From assembly GCA_045542335.1 (NCBI GenBank), contig JAZQKV010000116.1:1433-65432 (forward strand): a DNA stretch of 64,000 bases, read 5' to 3'. How positions within the stretch are numbered: the stretch's first letter is position 1; the number at the start of each line of letters is the position of its first letter. Source of the stretch: Eubacteriales bacterium (lineage in GTDB: Bacteria > Bacillota > Clostridia > Oscillospirales > CAG-382). The notes below the pieces were generated by a model, which was given only the letters and a program-made list of their open reading frames with translations, was not told the DNA's origin and did not search any database. Positions 57,848 through 64,000 of this stretch are shown here, one piece after another. The translations under genes and the position numbers were made by a program.

Positions 57848-58009
57848 TCATATATTCAGCTTAATAACCACACTTGTTTTCACATTATGGCATATATAAA
57901 AATATCGTTGTGATTCCGAAGGATAAAAAATTTTTACAATATAAAAACACAATCAGCTTTAATAAACTGTCGCACAGGTGTATAATTATTCAAAAGAATG
58001 TTGTTGATA

Positions 58010-58044
58010 TGAATATTTATGCAATATTTGTGTATAACAATTCA
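58010..58044 (+). promoter_or_regulatory. candidate tandem ARG boxes (ArgR/AhrC operator) upstream of carB
   Basis: TGAATATTTATGCA (58010-58023) and TGTATAACAATTCA (58031-58044), against the core consensus TGAATwwwwATTCA. The two starts are 21 bp apart. Confidence 0.35.
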
Positions 58045-58119
58045 GAGATATTCAAAGGGTAACCCGAAAACACGGACTTTTAAAAGCTATACCCCGACGT
58101 TCCAAAGGAGGAATATACA

Positions 58120-61100
58120 ATGCCACTCAATAAGAATCTGCATAAGGTTATGGTTATCGGCTCCGGACCCATTATTATCGGTCAGGCGGCTGAATTTGAC
58201 TATGCAGGCACACAGGCTTGCCGTGCCCTTAAAAAGGCAGGACTTGAAGTTGTTCTTGTAAACTCAAATCCGGCTACAATTATGACGGATAACCATATGG
58301 CGGATAAAATCTATATCGAATCCCTTGACCTTGAAACTGTTAAGCGTATCATCGAAAAAGAAAAGCCGGACAGCCTCCTGTCAACCCTTGGCGGTCAGAC
58401 GGGACTCACGCTATCCATGCAGCTTGCAAAGGAGGGATTTCTCGCTTCTCACGGAGTGACACTCCTCGGTGCAAATCCCGAAACCATTGATAAGGCAGAG
58501 GACAGACAAATGTTCAAGGACACAATGGAGAAAATCGGTCAGCCGTGTGTGCCCTCAACAATCGTTGATAATGTCCCGGATGCTCTGCGTTTTGCTGAGG
58601 AAATAGGTTACCCCGTTATCATTCGCCCGGCATTTACCCTTGGCGGAACAGGCGGCGGCATTGTAAATAACGTTGCACAAATGAAAGAAATCTGCGGCAA
58701 CGGACTCAGACTTTCGCCCATTACACAGGTTCTTGTTGAAAAGTGCATCTCCGGCTGGAAAGAAATTGAATATGAGGTTATGAGAGATAGCGCAGGGCAT
58801 TGCGTTGCGGTCTGCTCAATGGAAAACTTTGACCCTGTCGGCGTTCACACAGGCGACAGCATTGTTGCCGCACCTGCGGTTTCCCTTAGCGAAAAAGAAC
58901 TTGGTATGCTCCGTAAGGCGGCACTTGATATTGTCAATGAGCTTGGCGTTGAGGGCGGATGCAACTGTCAGTTCGCACTTCATCCAACAACAGGCGAATA
59001 TGCCGTTATTGAGGTGAATCCCAGAGTTTCCCGTTCGTCTGCCCTCGCTTCAAAGGCAACAGGATACCCCATTGCCAAGGTTGCAACAAATATCGCAATC
59101 GGCTTTACCCTTGAAGAAATCTGCAACGAAAACACAGGTAAAAACTGCGCTCATTTTGAGCCTGCGCCCGATTATATAGTTTGCAAATTTCCCAAATGGC
59201 CCTTTGATAAGTTCGTTTACGCCGACAGAAAACTCGGCACACAGATGAAAGCCACAGGCGAGGTTATGTCAATCGGCGCAACCTTTGAAGAGGCCCTCAT
59301 GAAAGCCGTAAGAGGTGCGGAGCTTTCCCTTGAAACACCCACACTCCCTGCCCTTGCAGAGCTTTCAGATGTTGACATCATGAACGGAGTCGCCGCTTGT
59401 ACAGACGAAAGACTTTTCTATCTGTACGAAGCAATGAAGCGTGGCGTGACCGACGACAAGCTTTACGAAATAACCCGAATTGACCCATGGTTCCTTGAAA
59501 GAGTGAGAAAGCTTTGTGATTTTGAAATGTCCCTTAAGGGTGCTCAGATTACAGAAGAAATCTATGATAAGGCGAAAAAGCTCGGATTCCTTGACAAAAC
59601 AATTGAAACCTTAAGCGGCAAGCCTCTCAAGTATAAGAAGTATGCATCTTACAGAATTGTTGATACCTGTTCCGATAATATCTACGCCGATTCTCCCTAT
59701 TTTTATTCAACCTTTGCCGAGGATTCCGAAAGCAACGGCAACGAGGCAAGAACTCATAAGCAAAACAACGTTACAGGCAAAAAAACCGTAATAGTGTTTG
59801 GCTCAGGTCCAATAAGAATCGGTCAGGGAATAGAGTTTGACTATGCCTGCGTGCATTGTGTAAATTCCCTTAAAAAGCTTGGGTTTGAGGTTGTCATTGT
59901 CAACAACAACCCCGAAACCGTTTCCACCGACTATGACACCGCCGACAGACTCTATTTTGAACCGCTTCATATTGAGGATGTCATGAGTATCATCAACACC
60001 GAAAAGCCTTACGGCGTTGTTGTTGCATTCGGAGGTCAAACGGCAATCAAGCTTACAAATAAGCTTTCAGCCGCAGGAATAAAAATTCTCGGAACATCAG
60101 CCGACAGCATTGATGCCGCCGAGGACAGAAAGCGTTTTGATGCGCTTCTTGAGGAGCTTGAAATAAAGCGTCCCCGTGGTTTCACGGTGTTCACAGAGGA
60201 TGAGGCAATTGAGGTTGCAAAAGGTATCGGCTATCCTGTCCTTATCCGACCCTCATATGTGCTTGGCGGTCAGAACATGATTATCGCCTACACCGAGGAC
60301 GACATTCACGAATACATGAAGATTGTCCTCACCCATACAGAGAAAAATCCCATTCTCATCGACAAGTATCTCTCCGGAACAGAGCTTGAGGTTGATGCAA
60401 TCTGCGACGGCAAGGATATTCTTATTCCCGGAATTATGGAGCACATTGAACGTGCAGGAATCCATTCAGGTGACTCAATTGCGGTTTATCCTGCGTTTAA
60501 TGTGAGCGATAAGATGCGTGAAAGGATTATCGACTGTTCCCGTCGCCTTGCTCTTTCGCTGGGAACTATGGGACTTATCAATATACAATATCTGATTTAT
60601 GAAGATGAGCTTTATGTTATTGAGGTAAACCCCCGTTCTTCAAGAACAATTCCCTATATAAGCAAGGTCACAGGCGTTCCCATGATTGATCTTGCAGTGC
60701 GTTCAATGGTGGGAACTTCCGACAACCCCGAAAAACCCGAGGCACTTGCGAATATGGGCTTTGGAACAGGTCTTTACAGAAATTCACCTTATTTTGCAGT
60801 CAAAGTTCCGGTGTTCTCGTTTGCAAAGCTCATTGATGTTGACAATCAGCTTGGTCCGGAAATGAAGTCAACCGGTGAGGTGCTCGGTATCGCAAATACC
60901 CTTGAGGAAGCGCTTTACAAGGGAATTTCTGCCGCAGGCTATAATCTTAAAAAGAGTGGCGGTGTTTTGTTTACCGTCCGTGATATTGACAAGGATGAAA
61001 TGGCGGATGTTGCCGCAAAGTTCCATAAGCTCGGTTTCAAGCTTTATGCCACAAAGGGAACGGCGGAACGCTTTATTTCGGCAGAGCTTCCCATCACGGT

Positions 61101-62214
61101 TTGCACAAAGGGGCAAGCCGGAGTTGACATGGATGAGCTTATTGACGGCGGCATGATTGACTATGTTGTCTCAACGTCAAGACGTGGAAGAACCCCCACA
61201 AAGGACAGCGTGCGACTGCGCAGAAAAGCAATTGAACGCAGTATTCCGTGCCTTACCTCGGTTGACACGGCAAGCGCACTTGCAGACAGCCTTCTTTCAA
61301 GATATTCAGCGGCATCGGTTGAGCTTGTAAACATTAACGATATGCGCCATGAAAAGCTTAAGTACACCTTCACCAAGATGACGGACTGCGGAAATGACTA
61401 TATATACTTCAATTGCTTTGAGGAAAAGATATATAATCCCGAAGGTCTTGCAGTCAGCCTTTCCGACCGTCATAACGGCATTGGCGCAGACGGAGTTATT
61501 CTTATCGAGCCTGATTTTTCAAAACAGGCAGATGCCCGTATGCGAATGTTCAACCGTGACGGAAGCGAGGGCAAAATGGCGGGAAATGCCATAAGATGTG
61601 TTGCAAAATATCTCTTTGACAACGGCATTGTGAAAAAGACAGAAATGAAAATTCTCACTGCAAGCGGTGTAAAGGAGCTTAGCCTTACAGTTAATGAAGG
61701 CAAGGTCAGCACGGTTTGCGTAAAGGTTGCAAAGGCAGAGCTTTCCCCTGAAAGTATTCCTGTGAACATCAAGGCTGAAAGAGTTATTGGAAAATCTGTT
61801 CAGATAGGCGGAAAGGAATATGAGATAAGCTGTGTCTCTGTTGGAAATCCGCATTGCGTAATCTTCTGTGAGGGCGAAAATAAGGTTTCAGAGGCGGATG
61901 TCGCAGGAGAGGGAAGCGTTATTGAGCATTGTGGTCTTTTCCCCGAAAGAACAAATGTTGAATTCTGCAAGGTTATCAATCCCGATTCAATTATTATGAG
62001 AGTGTGGGAAAGAGGCAGTGGCGAAACGCTTGCCTGCGGTACAGGTGCGTGTGCGGCGGTTGTTGCGGCGGTCGAAAGAGGACTTTGTGAACATGGTAGA
62101 GAGGTCACTGTCAAACTCCTTGGCGGAAATCTCAAGGTAAGATATGACGAGGATGGCTTTGTTTATCTCACAGGCGATCCACGAAAGGTTTTTGACGGAA
62201 TAATTGAGATTTAA
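58120..62214 (+). CDS. carB: carbamoyl-phosphate synthase large subunit fused in frame to a C-terminal diaminopimelate-epimerase-like domain
   Basis: Two ATP-grasp halves (IGSGPIIIGQAAEFDYAG and FGSGPIRIGQGIEFDYA) plus an MGS-like domain make up aa 1 to about 1080. Aa 1081-1364 (nt 61360-62211) carry DapF motifs: FTKMTDCGNDY, SVGNPHCV, ERGSGETLACGTGA. Confidence 0.85.
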   Translation: MPLNKNLHKVMVIGSGPIIIGQAAEFDYAGTQACRALKKAGLEVVLVNSNPATIMTDNHMADKIYIESLDLETVKRIIEKEKPDSLLSTLGGQTGLTLSMQLAKEGFLASHGVTLLGANPETIDKAEDRQMFKDTMEKIGQPCVPSTIVDNVPDALRFAEEIGYPVIIRPAFTLGGTGGGIVNNVAQMKEICGNGLRLSPITQVLVEKCISGWKEIEYEVMRDSAGHCVAVCSMENFDPVGVHTGDSIVAAPAVSLSEKELGMLRKAALDIVNELGVEGGCNCQFALHPTTGEYAVIEVNPRVSRSSALASKATGYPIAKVATNIAIGFTLEEICNENTGKNCAHFEPAPDYIVCKFPKWPFDKFVYADRKLGTQMKATGEVMSIGATFEEALMKAVRGAELSLETPTLPALAELSDVDIMNGVAACTDERLFYLYEAMKRGVTDDKLYEITRIDPWFLERVRKLCDFEMSLKGAQITEEIYDKAKKLGFLDKTIETLSGKPLKYKKYASYRIVDTCSDNIYADSPYFYSTFAEDSESNGNEARTHKQNNVTGKKTVIVFGSGPIRIGQGIEFDYACVHCVNSLKKLGFEVVIVNNNPETVSTDYDTADRLYFEPLHIEDVMSIINTEKPYGVVVAFGGQTAIKLTNKLSAAGIKILGTSADSIDAAEDRKRFDALLEELEIKRPRGFTVFTEDEAIEVAKGIGYPVLIRPSYVLGGQNMIIAYTEDDIHEYMKIVLTHTEKNPILIDKYLSGTELEVDAICDGKDILIPGIMEHIERAGIHSGDSIAVYPAFNVSDKMRERIIDCSRRLALSLGTMGLINIQYLIYEDELYVIEVNPRSSRTIPYISKVTGVPMIDLAVRSMVGTSDNPEKPEALANMGFGTGLYRNSPYFAVKVPVFSFAKLIDVDNQLGPEMKSTGEVLGIANTLEEALYKGISAAGYNLKKSGGVLFTVRDIDKDEMADVAAKFHKLGFKLYATKGTAERFISAELPITVCTKGQAGVDMDELIDGGMIDYVVSTSRRGRTPTKDSVRLRRKAIERSIPCLTSVDTASALADSLLSRYSAASVELVNINDMRHEKLKYTFTKMTDCGNDYIYFNCFEEKIYNPEGLAVSLSDRHNGIGADGVILIEPDFSKQADARMRMFNRDGSEGKMAGNAIRCVAKYLFDNGIVKKTEMKILTASGVKELSLTVNEGKVSTVCVKVAKAELSPESIPVNIKAERVIGKSVQIGGKEYEISCVSVGNPHCVIFCEGENKVSEADVAGEGSVIEHCGLFPERTNVEFCKVINPDSIIMRVWERGSGETLACGTGACAAVVAAVERGLCEHGREVTVKLLGGNLKVRYDEDGFVYLTGDPRKVFDGIIEI

Positions 62215-62244
62215 ACAGATAAAACGGTTTAATATAAAAAAAGA

Positions 62245-62277
62245 GGAGCTTGATTTGTTCAAGCTCCATTCTTTTTT
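62245..62277. terminator. bidirectional rho-independent terminator
   Basis: GGAGCTTGA / TCAAGCTCC stem flanked by an A-run and a T-run. It sits between convergent genes. Confidence 0.7.
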
Positions 62278-62317
62278 ATATAATGCATAAATAAAAAACG
62301 GTATTGTGTTAAGCCGG

Positions 62318-63769
62318 TTACACTCGCCCATAAAGCTCCGCCAGCTTGCGGTATTTTTTCGTGTCAATGCCGTCAAGCTGCTCTTTTGTAATGCGGTATT
62401 GCCAGTTTCCATCGGCTTTCCCGGGAATATTCAGCCTTGTGTCAGAACCATATCCAAGTATGTCCTGAATGGGGAGAATAAGAAGTCCTGCACCGCTTGC
62501 ATACATTGTGCGGATAATGCGGTCATAGGCTTCTGTGCTGTCCCATTCGGAAGAAAAATGACCGCAATAGTTCATCACTTTTTCACGGGTTACCTCATCA
62601 AGCTCCCACACATACCCAAGAAGAGTGTTGTTATCGTGAGTGCCTGTGTATGCGACGCTGTTGTTGGGGTAATTATAAGGACGGTGAGGCGAATCTCCGC
62701 CGTCAAGAAAACCGAATTGAAGCACTCTCATGCCGGGAAATCCGCTGTATTCAACAAGGTCATAAACCTCTTTTGTTATGTCCCCAAGATCCTCGGCAAC
62801 CACAAGCTTTTCTCCCGCACATTCTTTAATTACATCAATGAATTCTTTTCCGGGCCCCTTTATCCAGCTTCCCTCTTTTGCACTTTTTGCATCAGCCGGT
62901 ACGCTCCAATACGACTCAAATCCACGGAAATGGTCAATTCTCACACCGTCAAAAAGTCTGAACATATGCATGAGCCTTGCACGCCACCAGCCAAAACCGT
63001 CGGACTTCATGCTTTCCCAGTCATAGAGAGGATTACCCCAAAGCTGACCATCCTCGGAGAAATAGTCCGGAGGAACTCCTGCAACACATCTCGGATGACC
63101 GTCGCCGTCAAGCAAAAAACGGTTTTCGCCGCAGGCACTCCACATATCACAGCTGTCCGGTGCAACGTAAATGGGAATGTCGCCCATAATCTTTATGCCC
63201 TTTTGATTTGCATAGGATTTTATTTTGTCCCATTGGGTGAAAAACTCATATTGGATAAATTTCCACATAAATTCAACCTGAGATGAGAAATCTTCGGTTG
63301 TCCATTTTTCATGGGGAGCACCATGGTTTGCCGTTTTCAAAGCCATGTAACGGCAGAAGTCGGCAATATACTTGTCGCCGTCAATAAAGTCTTCCACTTT
63401 TCTTCTATAAGCCTCATCTACACGGCAGGAAGCCTTCATCAGAACTGAAAAACGTGTGTGATAAAGACGGACAAATTCACAGCTGTAGGGAGTGTGCTGA
63501 CGGCAGCTTTCAAGCTCGTCTGCTGTTATAAATCCTTTTTCGCAAAGTGTCGGCAGGTCAACAAAATATGGATTTCCTGCAAAAGCAGAGTCGGATTTAT
63601 AAGGTGAGTTACATTCGTCAACAGGGCAGAACGGAAGCGTCTGCCACCAGGAAAAACCGCTTTCGGCGAGAAAATCAATAAATTGCTTTGCTTCTTTTCC
63701 AAAGCTTCCGCAGGAAAAGTCGCCGTGGAGAGTGCTTATGTGCATGAGCACGCCGCATTGTCTTTTCAT
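62318..63769 (-). CDS. malQ: 4-alpha-glucanotransferase (amylomaltase, GH77)
   Basis: Motifs typical of GH77 MalQ: GVLMHISTLHG N-terminus, WGNPLYDW, VRIDHFRGF, AEDLG, TGTHDN. Confidence 0.9.
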   Translation of the reverse strand: MKRQCGVLMHISTLHGDFSCGSFGKEAKQFIDFLAESGFSWWQTLPFCPVDECNSPYKSDSAFAGNPYFVDLPTLCEKGFITADELESCRQHTPYSCEFVRLYHTRFSVLMKASCRVDEAYRRKVEDFIDGDKYIADFCRYMALKTANHGAPHEKWTTEDFSSQVEFMWKFIQYEFFTQWDKIKSYANQKGIKIMGDIPIYVAPDSCDMWSACGENRFLLDGDGHPRCVAGVPPDYFSEDGQLWGNPLYDWESMKSDGFGWWRARLMHMFRLFDGVRIDHFRGFESYWSVPADAKSAKEGSWIKGPGKEFIDVIKECAGEKLVVAEDLGDITKEVYDLVEYSGFPGMRVLQFGFLDGGDSPHRPYNYPNNSVAYTGTHDNNTLLGYVWELDEVTREKVMNYCGHFSSEWDSTEAYDRIIRTMYASGAGLLILPIQDILGYGSDTRLNIPGKADGNWQYRITKEQLDGIDTKKYRKLAELYGRV

Positions 63770-63829
63770 GAGAGTTCTCCTTGTTTATAAAGTATTTTAT
63801 GCAGTAAAAGGTGTTCTAAAATGATAGAT

Positions 63830-64000
63830 TAAGCCTTGTTGGCTTGCTTTTTTATGACTATAACCGCTGCACTTATCCCATCAAGTGTAATGCATAATCC
63901 ATTAGTTGTTTTTTTACAGTCAAGGGGCTTTTGTGTAAGAAAATCTGTGATTAAGCCGTCAAAGCCAATCGGGAGCAAAACGTCTGAACACGCCTCATTT
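63830..64000 (-). CDS. 3' end of a gene truncated by the window edge (function unknown)
   Basis: The hand-translated minus frame is open to the window edge and ends ..PIGFDGLITDFLTQKPLDCKKTTNGLCITLDGISAAVIVIKKQANKA*. Any resemblance of FDGLITD to a GDPD C-terminus is weak. Confidence 0.3.

Noticed and set aside
57848-58119. PyrR binding loop or attenuator, or another riboswitch, upstream of carB
   Set aside because: No UCCAGAGAGG-type PyrR motif or terminator/antiterminator pair was found. The region is AT-rich with only the weak ARG-box-like motifs reported separately.
62306-63286. 326-aa plus-strand ORF antisense to malQ
   Set aside because: It is a shadow ORF of a gene with clear GH77 motifs and has no recognisable domains or RBS. 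The same reasoning applies to 33549-34361 (antisense to the SLH protein), 44304-45372 (antisense to the ligase and ilvE) and 48693-49442.
1-64000. CRISPR arrays, rRNA genes, transposases, integrases and prophage genes
   Set aside because: No regularly spaced short repeats, no rRNA-like sequence, and no DDE, tyrosine or serine recombinase-like ORFs were recognised in any frame of the ORF track. Absence is by eye and by motif only.

Overview
This 64 kb window comes from an endospore-forming Firmicute that looks Clostridia-like. Calls rest on reading the sequence and on motif recognition from memory; no searches were run. Start codons were chosen by eye from RBS spacing.

Core blocks:
- ctsR-mcsA-mcsB-clpC stress operon with a triple CtsR operator (1.4-6.4 kb)
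- spoIVB (27.0-28.4 kb)
- ROK kinase, spoIIE, histidine phosphatase and tRNA-Arg(ACG) (34.5-39.3 kb)
- a long plus-strand cluster, azlCD / IPMS-like / TIM-barrel::acyl-CoA-ligase fusion / ilvE / P-loop ATPase / vorDBAC-type 2-oxoacid:ferredoxin oxidoreductase / XRE-cupin / MACS-type ligase / LytTR (39.3-52.5 kb)
- polA
- a pair of COG0523 metallochaperone-like genes
- a carB::dapF-like fusion
- malQ

Between 6.5 and 34.4 kb lies an accessory-looking region. It holds seven AraC-family regulators, each next to cytoplasmic catabolic genes: GH28-like, BNR sialidase-like, two MBL hydrolases, an Fe-ADH, an M20 peptidase, a glycyl-radical enzyme, a six-hairpin GH with a DMT transporter, and an FAD-oxidoreductase with an SDR. 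It also holds a 1505-aa SLH/beta-helix surface protein.

The most striking observation concerns the 3' end of spoIVB, which is present in three additional direct copies at 16313-16420, 19574-19660 and 23259-23390. Two of these share a mismatch-free 50-bp core with the live gene, plus a common non-spoIVB arm. The copies sit at the boundaries of three AraC-linked cassettes. This is the footprint expected from serial site-specific integration into the 3' end of spoIVB, yet no recombinase is present in the window.

Other second-look items:
- a decayed duplicate of the ADH/MBL gene junction
- an orphan glycyl-radical enzyme with no activase nearby
- a probable branched-chain fatty acid to branched-chain amino acid reductive-carboxylation cluster containing a catalytically degenerate IPMS paralog
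- CarB fused to a DapF-like domain that lacks one catalytic Cys
- a COG0523 protein with a His/Cys-rich insert of about 90 residues, paired with a degenerate paralog

No CRISPR array, rRNA, transposase or integrase was seen.
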